Shown in pieces: positions 8,489 through 16,698 of a DNA stretch of 52,316 nt (positions are counted from its first letter, which is position 1; each line of letters begins with the position of its first letter). Source of the DNA: a virus (taxonomy: Duplodnaviria > Caudoviricetes); IMG/VR virus record IMGVR_UViG_3300043481_000001, positions 1-52,316 of that record; one strand, 5' to 3'. Under the pieces are notes generated by a model. It saw only the letters and a list, made by a program, of their open reading frames with translations. It searched no databases and was not told the origin of the DNA. Position numbers and translations under genes: made by a program.

Positions 8489-8508
8489 CAAAAGGCCCCG
8501 AAGGGCCT
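8489..8508 (-). terminator. Intrinsic terminator of the reverse cassette
   Basis: Minus strand AGGCCC-UUCG-GGGCCU-UUU. Confidence 0.7.
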
Positions 8509-8532
8509 CAGTCGCTCGGATGTGGATTTCGC

Positions 8533-8769
8533 TCAGTTGGGGGTATTCGCAAAGCCGTCGAGGATCACCACGTCCTTGAGCTTTTCGTAGGCAGCCTGTC
8601 GAGAGATCCCCGCCTTCTTAGCCGCCTCGCTCATCGAGATCACCTTGGAGTCGTTGACGACCCTGAGTGCCTTCCTGAGCTGCTCATCGGCCTTCGCCTG
8701 AAGCTCGACCGCTTGCTTGCGCATCTCGGCCGTGTCCTCCAGCGTCTTCCTGATCGTGTTGGGGTCCAT
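8533..8769 (-). CDS. Small HTH DNA-binding protein
   Basis: ISMSEAAKKAGISRQAAYEKL HTH; GAAAGG SD. Confidence 0.8.
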   Translation of the reverse strand: MDPNTIRKTLEDTAEMRKQAVELQAKADEQLRKALRVVNDSKVISMSEAAKKAGISRQAAYEKLKDVVILDGFANTPN

Positions 8770-8778
8770 TCGTTCCTT

Positions 8779-9057
8779 TCAGCCCGCAACGCCGGCGATC
8801 CTCCAGCCGACGATCTCATGAACGAGCGTGTCGTGAGCAGGGGCGAGATCGCGATCCGGGTACGTCTCGTTGAGCTTGTCGGCCAATTGAGTAGCGGTCG
8901 CCCAGGTCCCCTCCATGTCGTACACGTCCTCGCCGCACTTCATCTGCCCGCGCCATGCCAACGTCTTTCCGGTACGCGTGTCGATCACGTCCAACCCTTT
9001 GTCGTAGTCCAGCGGCTCCCTGATTGCCGCCAACGGCTTACCCTTCGTGCTGGCCAT
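8779..9057 (-). CDS. Hypothetical protein
   Basis: AAAGGAG SD; first gene after a consensus promoter. Confidence 0.75.
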   Translation of the reverse strand: MASTKGKPLAAIREPLDYDKGLDVIDTRTGKTLAWRGQMKCGEDVYDMEGTWATATQLADKLNETYPDRDLAPAHDTLVHEIVGWRIAGVAG

Positions 9058-9120
9058 AGGAACTCAACTCCTTTGGTCCGTGCCCCGGGAGCCTCTAACT
9101 CGCCGGGGCGTTTCCTTATC

Positions 9121-9157
9121 TGTCAGGCAACCTAACAGGTGTAAGGCAGCTTGTCAA
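9121..9157 (-). promoter_or_regulatory. Sigma70-type promoter overlapped by two imperfect palindromic operators
   Basis: TTGACA(9157-9152)-17 bp-TAGGTT(9134-9129); TGTCAGGCAACCTAACA (9121-9137) and TGTAAGGCAGCTTGTCA (9140-9156). Confidence 0.75.
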
Positions 9158-9176
9158 CCATCTTCGAGAGGGTTTC

Positions 9177-9461
9177 GTGACCAACCAGGCAATCGCAGAG
9201 AAGCAGGAGACGCTTCGCATGGAGCAGATCGGCGAGGTAGCCGTTGACTCCGGGCAGGTGATGATCTTGGACCCGAGCAGCGACGGGAAAGTCAAGGGAT
9301 TCCCTGTTCCTCCTGGTCAGCTCGCAAGGCCGCTCACCCGGACCGATAGCGGCGTAGAGGTTGGCGTCGTCTCCCTCACCGCAGTAGGCGACGGCTGCTA
9401 CCCCGTTTCGGCGGTCTACGAAGGCGAGGCACTACGCGGCCTGTTTGTGGAGCTTTCGTGA
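9177..9461 (+). CDS. Hypothetical protein (DUF4241-like motifs)
   Basis: GEVAVDSGQVMILDP..GDGCYPV. Confidence 0.65.
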   Translation: MTNQAIAEKQETLRMEQIGEVAVDSGQVMILDPSSDGKVKGFPVPPGQLARPLTRTDSGVEVGVVSLTAVGDGCYPVSAVYEGEALRGLFVELS

Positions 9462-10084
9462 CTGAGCTAGCAGAGAGAGCGAAGGTCCCTCACCCTCACC
9501 GCAAGAACTACACCGACCTTGAGATAGACGCCGGCCTAACCGCCTATGCGATCTGCTCAGGTCGGATGAAACTGGCAGCGGCTCTCGTCAAGGAACAGAG
9601 CGGCATGGAGATCCCAGCCGAGACGATCCGCTCCTGGGCCTCGCGCTCCTACCCAGACAGATACCAGCGCATTCGTCTGGAGGTAGCTCCAAAGCTTCAG
9701 ACCCAGATGGCAGATACGCATCAGGCTCTGGCCCAAACGGCAGCCGAGATGGAGGCAGAAGCAGTAGAGAAGCTGCAGGCCCGCATCAAGCAAGGCGACG
9801 TAGAGGACAAGGATCTCGCCAACATCTACAAAGCCACCGCAATCGCCGGCGGGATTCACACTGAGAAAGCAGAGCTGCTCAACGGCAGGCCGACTCAACG
9901 CAAGGAGAGAACGGCAGCCGAGGTTCTAAGGGGCCTACAGGGCAAAGGCGTGATGGTCCTGGAGGAACGTGCCGAAGAAGTCGAAGGGGATAGACGCGTA
10001 AGCGTCGAGCGCAGAGCGGCCGTAGGAGAGGGCGATGTTGCTGGCGCTGTGGTTACCGCAGATCCCTCAGAGTCACGAGAGTAA
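9458..10084 (+). CDS. Putative terminase small subunit
   Basis: N-terminal HTH (IPAETIRSW), helical middle, EKAELLNGRPT; upstream of TerL. Confidence 0.6.
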   Translation: MTELAERAKVPHPHRKNYTDLEIDAGLTAYAICSGRMKLAAALVKEQSGMEIPAETIRSWASRSYPDRYQRIRLEVAPKLQTQMADTHQALAQTAAEMEAEAVEKLQARIKQGDVEDKDLANIYKATAIAGGIHTEKAELLNGRPTQRKERTAAEVLRGLQGKGVMVLEERAEEVEGDRRVSVERRAAVGEGDVAGAVVTADPSESRE

Positions 10085-10357
10085 ACGCGCGCAGTATCTG
10101 CGTGACCCCCAGCTAGTCAGGCTTGCAGTCACCTAGCTAGGCATATGGCTCTGCCAAGCCAAGCTCTAGCCCTTCTCCTCTTCTGACCAAGCGTCAGTCC
10201 GAACACTCTCCGAACACGAAGGCCGCTTAAGCGCCTGGATCGTGCCTAGGGGGAGGGGGGAGTGTCCCTGGCTCACGGTGGCGCAGTACCTCTATATACG
10301 CCCCCTTCACACAATTTCCCCAGCAAAGGCGAGACCGTCTTTTTCTGAAAGGACTTC
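10085..10357. other. Non-coding candidate packaging/terminus region
   Basis: Gap after the TerS-like gene with short palindromes, G-run GGGGGAGGGGGG, TCTATATA and CCCCC..CACAATTT. Confidence 0.4.
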
Positions 10358-12112
10358 GTGCTCAAACGAGCCAAAAAGCAATTCAAGAAGAAGTCCATTC
10401 CCCTTGTTGCTCGCGCAGGAGGCCCAGAAGGCTCGTACACGATCCCGGGAAAAGGGACCACGACCCGAACGGACTCCGGCGAGGCCAAGGCGTTCATCGG
10501 GAAGGGTCCTGCTCCTTCGGGCACCACGAAGGTCGTAGAACCGAGCTACACCGAGGTCCCCACGGTCACCGTTACGGACTCCGGGGTATCGACTTCGGGG
10601 TTCAAGTCTCAGAGGGCGGCTAAGCGCGCCAAGAGGGCACAGAGGGCTTCAGTCAAGCGAGTCCAGCGGATCGTCCAGGATGTCCAGCGAGACGCTCAGA
10701 AGCGCTCCCTCCCCCCCAAAGTTCTCCCGGAGTACAAGGCTCCGAAGCTAGCCAGCTACGCCCCGAAGCCAGACCTCGACGCCAAACCCCCGGAGTTCCA
10801 AGGACTGAAGACCGCCGGCACTCCAACCTTGGGGGAACTCAAGAAGGCTGAGAAAACCGGGACGCTCCACGTCAACCAGAAAGGCTTCGCCACCACCCCG
10901 CAGGTTCGACAGGTAGCGGGAAAGGTGAAGCGCCTAACCAAGAAGGCCGCGAAGTCAAATGGCCTTCTCCCTGGGTTGGACGCTGAAGGCACGAAGGTAG
11001 CTCGGAAGGTGCTGAAGACCGGCAAGCGTCAGGGGGCTACCCGCAAGGAGCTTCTAGCTGCTGCTGAGACGGGCTTGGTCGAGTCGGGCGGCTTCCACAA
11101 CTACAACTACGGCGACGCCGACTCTGAAGGCTGGCGCCAGGAACGCACTTCGCTCTACGGCTCGGACGCGAACCACCCCAAGCAGGGCGCGCTCAACTTC
11201 TTCTCCGAGACGAAAGCCCAGACCGGGGCTACGGCGGGGGAACTCGCCGCGAACGTCCAGCGCCCCGCCGAGCAGTATCGAGGCCGCTACGACGAAGTGA
11301 AGCCCCAGGCCGCCGCGATCCTCAACGCCTTCGAGAAGGGCGGACTGAAGCCGGCGCAGCGCAAAGAGCTTCGAGAGGCCCAACTTTCGGCCGAGAAACT
11401 TGGCCTGCACGTCAAGGGCGCAAGCAAAGTTGGGCCAGCACCGAAGAAGGTAGTCACTCGTTTCAAGGCCGCCAAGAAGGCGATGAAGGAAGTCGAGGGG
11501 CTTCCGTACGTTTGGGGAGGGGGACACACCTCACCGACCTCCAGCCCGACCGGAGGGGGATTGGACTGCTCCGGAGCCGTTGGCTACGTGCTGAACAAGA
11601 TCGGCGCGATGAAGGGGTCGCTGACCTCGGGCGACATGGGGTCCGTACTGAAGCCAGGCCCCGGCGCCCTGACGGTCTTCTACAACGGCGAGCACACCTT
11701 CCTCCGCCTCGGCAACGAATACTGGGGCACGTCAGTAGGGGACTCGGGAGCAGGGGGCCTCGGGCCGCACGACGCTCCCTCAGCCGATTACCTCGCCGAG
11801 TACAACGTCGGCCACGTCTTCGGCCTAGGAAGGAAGCAGGCCCTCCAGATGGGGTTCAAGGATCTCGGGAGCTCGCAGAGCTTCCCCGGCATGACCCTCT
11901 CGCCGAGCGGGACCACGGCGACGATGGATGAAGGCACCACGAAGACGGGCAAGCCGGGCTTCTCCAAAAAGCCGATCCGTTTGTCGCCGCAGCAGAAGCT
12001 CAACCGCACGAACAAAAAACTGAAGTCTTTGGGGGTCGGCGATGCACCCGCGACCCCTCACTCTGGCTCGGTCCTGGCGGACCTCGAGCGGAAATACAGC
12101 GTGGCGGCTTGA
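10358..12112 (+). CDS. Peptidoglycan hydrolase: lysozyme-like domain plus NlpC/P60 peptidase, Lys-rich termini
   Basis: AAETGLVES..GDADSEGWRQER..ELAANVQRP; PYVWGGGH..GLDCSGAV..EHTF; GAAAGGA SD. Confidence 0.85.
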   Translation: MLKRAKKQFKKKSIPLVARAGGPEGSYTIPGKGTTTRTDSGEAKAFIGKGPAPSGTTKVVEPSYTEVPTVTVTDSGVSTSGFKSQRAAKRAKRAQRASVKRVQRIVQDVQRDAQKRSLPPKVLPEYKAPKLASYAPKPDLDAKPPEFQGLKTAGTPTLGELKKAEKTGTLHVNQKGFATTPQVRQVAGKVKRLTKKAAKSNGLLPGLDAEGTKVARKVLKTGKRQGATRKELLAAAETGLVESGGFHNYNYGDADSEGWRQERTSLYGSDANHPKQGALNFFSETKAQTGATAGELAANVQRPAEQYRGRYDEVKPQAAAILNAFEKGGLKPAQRKELREAQLSAEKLGLHVKGASKVGPAPKKVVTRFKAAKKAMKEVEGLPYVWGGGHTSPTSSPTGGGLDCSGAVGYVLNKIGAMKGSLTSGDMGSVLKPGPGALTVFYNGEHTFLRLGNEYWGTSVGDSGAGGLGPHDAPSADYLAEYNVGHVFGLGRKQALQMGFKDLGSSQSFPGMTLSPSGTTATMDEGTTKTGKPGFSKKPIRLSPQQKLNRTNKKLKSLGVGDAPATPHSGSVLADLERKYSVAA

Positions 12113-13605
12113 GTGGCGGCCTTGTTGTCCCCGACCACCTGAAGGACGACCCCGAGGTTCAGCGCGAACTCGCAGAACTCGATGCGATCTTCGAGGACAA
12201 CCCGCTAGAGCGCTACAACAATCCGCTGCTTCCCAAGCGCCATGAGAAACAGATGGAATTCCACGCCATCAAGCCCAAGGCGCTGGGGATTAAGGGGCTG
12301 ATCGCAGGGAACCGTTGCGGGAAGACGATCGGCTGTGTAGTTGACGACGTGATCCAGCTGGTTCCTCGGGAACTGGTCCCCGAACACCTGATCGGCTTCA
12401 AGAAATGGGACCCGCCCTTTCACGTATGGATCGGGGCGCCGAAGCTCGCAAAGCACGAAGACACGATTCTTCCCCTGCTTCGCAAGTTCATCCCGAAGGC
12501 CGCTCTCCCTGAAGGCCAGTTCGGCAAGGCATACAAAAGCCAGAGCCGGATGCTGGAGCTTCCCTGCGGGTCAACCATCGGCCTGAAGACCTACGACCAG
12601 GACCTCGACGCCTGGGCTTCGGCCGAGGTCCACCGCATCCACTGGGACGAGGAGCCGAACGTCCCTCACTCGGCAGAGCTTCGATCAGAGGCGCGCGCCC
12701 GTCTCCTCTCAACCGGGGGCGAGGAGATCATCGGCATGTCACCTCTCCTCGGTTACTCCTGGGTCCACGACGACGTTTGGCAGAAGCGCGACAAGCCGAA
12801 CGTGGACGTGATCGCGATGGGGATGCGCGACAACCCTTGGCTGACCGAAGAGATGATCGCGGAGTTCTCCGAGGGGCTGACCGAGGACGAGATCCGCATG
12901 AGGGTCAAGGGCGAATTCGTCCACGTCGGCGGCCTGGTTTACCCGTCGCTGAATAACGACCACTTCATTCCCCGCCCTTCCCACGATCACGTTCGTGGCC
13001 TGACGACTTACGTTGGGATCGACCCCGGCATTCGCACCACGGCCGTCGTCTTCGTTGGCTTCGACGGCGACAACTCGGCTCTCATCTTCGATGAGCTGTT
13101 CCTGCACAACGAGGACGCGATCCCCGCCAACGCCGCGCCCCTGATTCGCCAGAAGCTCACGGACTGGGGGGTAGACCCCCGCCACTTCCTTATCGACCCT
13201 TCGGCGCGCAACCGCTCGCTCACTGACGCGCAGAGGGTGCAGGAGCTTTACAAGCACGCCGGCATTCGCGCGCATGAGGCGCAGAACGATGTTGAAACCG
13301 GGGTCTTTGAGATTCGTCGGCGCCTTGAGTTCAACTCCCTCCTGATTTCCGAAGAGTGCCGTGAACTGCGTCGGGAGATGGAGCGCTACCGCATCGACCC
13401 GAAAACCGATGGGCGCTTTGAAGTGCTCAAGCAAGACGACCACGGCTGCGACGCCCTGCGCTACGTCTGCATGGCCCGCCCCCTTCCAATCCGCAACCGC
13501 CCGCAGACCCGTCGCGGGAAAGAGATCTACGTCCCCGGCACGGCCCCTCCAGCCAACCAACGACGCCGACGCGAAGCCGTAGGCCCGATGGGCCGCTTCT
13601 CCTGA
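12109..13605 (+). CDS. terL: Terminase large subunit
   Basis: Walker A GNRCGKT, Walker B IHWDEEP, RNase H-like GIDPG and DDHGCDALRY. Confidence 0.95.
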   Translation: MSGGLVVPDHLKDDPEVQRELAELDAIFEDNPLERYNNPLLPKRHEKQMEFHAIKPKALGIKGLIAGNRCGKTIGCVVDDVIQLVPRELVPEHLIGFKKWDPPFHVWIGAPKLAKHEDTILPLLRKFIPKAALPEGQFGKAYKSQSRMLELPCGSTIGLKTYDQDLDAWASAEVHRIHWDEEPNVPHSAELRSEARARLLSTGGEEIIGMSPLLGYSWVHDDVWQKRDKPNVDVIAMGMRDNPWLTEEMIAEFSEGLTEDEIRMRVKGEFVHVGGLVYPSLNNDHFIPRPSHDHVRGLTTYVGIDPGIRTTAVVFVGFDGDNSALIFDELFLHNEDAIPANAAPLIRQKLTDWGVDPRHFLIDPSARNRSLTDAQRVQELYKHAGIRAHEAQNDVETGVFEIRRRLEFNSLLISEECRELRREMERYRIDPKTDGRFEVLKQDDHGCDALRYVCMARPLPIRNRPQTRRGKEIYVPGTAPPANQRRRREAVGPMGRFS

Positions 13606-13614
13606 AAGGACCAC

Positions 13615-13923
13615 ATGCGAGTTGTAACCGCCCCACTCGACCACGCTCCAAAAGCCTGCGCGGTGACCAATCGCGAAGACGGCGAGCTGGTTGACATGCA
13701 GGTGATCATCGACCGCCCTCTCCCTACCTGGCTGTACCTGAAACGGGAGATCGTGGAAGACGCCGCAAAGCTCTTCGGGATGGTCCCTGCCAAGGAAGTG
13801 GACGTGCTCCGCGAGGACATGAAAACCCTCTCTGCCGAGCTAGATGACCTTCGAGACACGATGAACCTCTATGCCGACTTCGAGGAGAAGCTGGCGCCAA
13901 AGGAGCCCGTTCCATGCCCGTGA
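13615..13923 (+). CDS. Hypothetical protein
   Basis: GAAAGGA SD; C-terminal coiled coil. Confidence 0.75.
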   Translation: MRVVTAPLDHAPKACAVTNREDGELVDMQVIIDRPLPTWLYLKREIVEDAAKLFGMVPAKEVDVLREDMKTLSAELDDLRDTMNLYADFEEKLAPKEPVPCP

Positions 13924-14423
13924 GCTATTCCTTCAATCCCGAGCAGACGCGCTATCTCGACCGCAAAGTCAAACGCATCGACGTCAGCCACGGCTCGCTG
14001 ATCGTCACCGAAACCGACAACCCGGTTGTGATTCGCAAGGACGAGACGAAGACGTTCAAGGACGTGGCCGCACTGACTGCCTATAGCCCCGAGGGGGCCA
14101 ACGTGGCCGTCTACTACTTCGATGAAAAAGACATTCCCGCCGCTGACCCCAAGCACCTCGAATACGACGTTGAGCGCGCCAAGCAGGAACAGCAGAAGGC
14201 CGAGGACCAGGGTCGTCAGACCGAGACGGCCAAGGCCAAAGTCCATCAGGCCAAGCGCACCCTCAAGAACGCCAAGGCAGCCGTTCGCGGTGACTCGGGC
14301 GGGCAGACCGGCTCGTATGAGTCCCGGACCGTCAAGGAGCTTCGCGCCCTCGCCAAGGACAAGGGCATCACGGGCGGCTCCAAGCTAGGCAAGGACAAGC
14401 TGATCAAGGCGCTGCGGGCATGA
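13914..14423 (+). CDS. Protein with C-terminal Rho N-terminal (HEH)-like domain
   Basis: YESRTVKELRALAKDKGITGGSKLGKDKLIKAL. Confidence 0.8.
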   Translation: MPVSYSFNPEQTRYLDRKVKRIDVSHGSLIVTETDNPVVIRKDETKTFKDVAALTAYSPEGANVAVYYFDEKDIPAADPKHLEYDVERAKQEQQKAEDQGRQTETAKAKVHQAKRTLKNAKAAVRGDSGGQTGSYESRTVKELRALAKDKGITGGSKLGKDKLIKALRA

Positions 14424-14713
14424 CCTTCTCGCAGCTACACGGTGGCTCCAACGAAGCCAAGACCAACGGCTTTGTGGAAGTCAAAAAAGAAGAAGCGACG
14501 ATAGTTGCCGCCCTGAACGACAATCGGGTAACGCTCACTCTGACCAATGACTCTGGGAACGCGATCTATGTGTGGAAAGGGGCCGGGGCGGAAGTCGGCA
14601 AAGGCATCCGCCTTAATGCTGAAGGCGGCGCGATCATCATTGATGACTACAAGGGGATCGTTACTGCTGCGGCCAAAACGGCGAATTCCAATCTTTGTGT
14701 GACTGAGGTCTAG
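14420..14713 (+). CDS. Small beta-rich putative virion decoration protein
   Basis: LTLTNDSGNAIYV..GIRLNAEGG; ATGA coupling. Confidence 0.65.
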   Translation: MTFSQLHGGSNEAKTNGFVEVKKEEATIVAALNDNRVTLTLTNDSGNAIYVWKGAGAEVGKGIRLNAEGGAIIIDDYKGIVTAAAKTANSNLCVTEV

Positions 14714-14714
14714 G

Positions 14715-15515
14715 ATGGCCATCGAGCAGTTCGTCAACGATATTCAGTCCACTCTGAGCGCTGCGCTGACGACCGAAGCGACGACCGTCAAAGTTGAATC
14801 GGCAACCGGGTTCCCTGCTTCGGCTCAGTATCGGATACGTATTGACAGCGAGATCATGCTTGTGACGGCTGGTGCGGGTACGAAAGAATGGACCGTCACC
14901 AGGGGGGCCGAGGGAACTACGCCCGGCCCTCACCTCAAAGGCGCAGTCACCGCACATGTTTTAACGGCAGGCTCGCTCACCAACCTGAGCCTGCCCAAGT
15001 ACAGTGCCGCCCGCGGCCTGCCCGGGATCATTGCACCGCCCGGCAACATGGCCCCCACGGCGGCCGTGGCCCTCACGGCTAGCCGTGCCTATTGGGCGCG
15101 CTTCATGCCGTCAGAGGACATCACGATTTCAAGTGCTTCGTTCCTAGTTACGGTTGCGGCCGGCGCCGATGATGCCTGCGACATTGGGATCTACGATTCG
15201 ACCCTTGCAACGCGGATCGCAAGCGCTGGGGCCACCACTGGCAAACTGAACTCAGTTGGTATTCGCAGCGTCTCGGTGTCCGCGAGCTTGACGGCCGGGA
15301 CGGTCTACTACGCAGCCTTCAGTGTGGGCACCTTCGGCTCTACCGGCGCCACCCTCCGCGGCACCGCTACCACTGCCGATGCTTGGGCGCAGCTTTTCAG
15401 CAATACGCCCCCCGGCGTCCTCTGGGGGCACGCGGCAGCCTCCCACCCGCTGCCCACTGGGCCTGTCACGTTGGCCGTCGCAAATACGGCCGTCCCCTAC
15501 CTCGTCCTTGTCTGA
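14715..15515 (+). CDS. Putative head/tail fibre-like protein
   Basis: IRIDSEIMLVT..TVTRGAEGTT..H..GA N-terminal module; Ala/Thr-rich beta C-terminus. Confidence 0.7.
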   Translation: MAIEQFVNDIQSTLSAALTTEATTVKVESATGFPASAQYRIRIDSEIMLVTAGAGTKEWTVTRGAEGTTPGPHLKGAVTAHVLTAGSLTNLSLPKYSAARGLPGIIAPPGNMAPTAAVALTASRAYWARFMPSEDITISSASFLVTVAAGADDACDIGIYDSTLATRIASAGATTGKLNSVGIRSVSVSASLTAGTVYYAAFSVGTFGSTGATLRGTATTADAWAQLFSNTPPGVLWGHAAASHPLPTGPVTLAVANTAVPYLVLV

Positions 15516-16459
15516 TGGCATCGACCGGGAGATTGGGTATCGAACAGTCCCGTCTCGCCAACATCTATCTGGGTGAGACTGCGCCTGTCACTCCGACCAA
15601 AAAATTCCTTGCGGACTGGCGGGCCGGAGTCCTCGGCGCCCCTTCGACCGCCCAGATCGCCGAGTTCAACCGACAAACGAAGGAGGAACCGAGCCGTATC
15701 CAGTTCGTTAAATGGCCTCTTCGCCAGGGCGATCTAGCACTGAAAATGACGGTCAAAGAAGGGGACGTAGACGCTGGAAGCACCGAGCGCGTCCAGATAG
15801 CCACGTTCAATTCCACCCCTTCTCCTCAGTACTCCCTCAAGGATGGGGATGACGTTTGGATTGCTTTCTCAGTCTATCTCGCCAGCAGCTTCGCCTTTCC
15901 CGCCAGCAGTACCAAATTCATCACGATCCTCGACGGGTTTGCGAATACGACCGACCTCGCGCATACGGCTAATGTTACCCACGCCCTTGACTTGGCTTGG
16001 ACCGCTGGCGGGCCAGAATGGACGCTGAATATCAATGGGGGTGTCTCCACCGAAGGCGGGGCCAGTGGCTCCTTCCCTCATGAAACCCGGCAGAAATTCG
16101 CGAAAGCAACTATCGGGCACTACAACGATTTCCTTATGCACACCAAGATGAGCACGGGTGGGGACGGAGTGGTGGAAATCTGGTATGCGCCAGGCGCCAA
16201 AGCCGAATTCAGCGAAACGCCTAATGCGATAGATCGGGGACCGAACGTGGCGACGGCCGACAATTATGTCTGCGTGATGTTCCCAGAGTTCGGGATTTAC
16301 CGCTCCAAAAATCCACAGACCTCAGATATGTACCTAGGTGGGGTCGCGATTAGTTCTTCCAAAGCTGAGGCATTGGCCGTGCTCCCCTCCTCCTACTTCC
16401 CAGGGGGCCTTCCCGCGCAGTTGCCGTTGTCTCGCCGAAACAGAATCATGAACCCATGA
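15515..16459 (+). CDS. Polysaccharide lyase-like (beta jelly-roll, heparin lyase I-type) protein
   Basis: ATG 15515 (TGATG); ERVQI..DVWIAFSVYL..GHYNDF..DGVVEIW..FGIYR. Confidence 0.65.
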   Translation: MASTGRLGIEQSRLANIYLGETAPVTPTKKFLADWRAGVLGAPSTAQIAEFNRQTKEEPSRIQFVKWPLRQGDLALKMTVKEGDVDAGSTERVQIATFNSTPSPQYSLKDGDDVWIAFSVYLASSFAFPASSTKFITILDGFANTTDLAHTANVTHALDLAWTAGGPEWTLNINGGVSTEGGASGSFPHETRQKFAKATIGHYNDFLMHTKMSTGGDGVVEIWYAPGAKAEFSETPNAIDRGPNVATADNYVCVMFPEFGIYRSKNPQTSDMYLGGVAISSSKAEALAVLPSSYFPGGLPAQLPLSRRNRIMNP

Positions 16460-16698
16460 CCGAGATCGTCCTTGCCGTGATCGGCTTGGCGCTTCTCGGC
16501 GCTCTCCTGTGGAGGGAGCGCGAAGCGCGTCAGGAGCGTGAACGGCTCGCCCAGCGTATCCAGGCTCCAGAGATCGCTGTGAGGGAGTTCGCCGAGCGTC
16601 CCAAGCGCGGGCCAGTAATGCCCGTCCCGATTGATGACGACGCGGCCTACGCCCGAGCCAAGGAACGAAGGGAAGGGCTGAATGGCAACGCTGACTGA
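16456..16698 (+). CDS. Small N-terminally membrane-anchored protein
   Basis: Hydrophobic residues 3-19 followed by a charged helix; precedes the portal gene. Confidence 0.75.
   Translation: MTEIVLAVIGLALLGALLWREREARQERERLAQRIQAPEIAVREFAERPKRGPVMPVPIDDDAAYARAKERREGLNGNAD

Noticed and set aside
8332-9135. 267-aa + strand ORF
   Set aside because: Antisense to two minus-strand genes that have SDs, a promoter and a terminator
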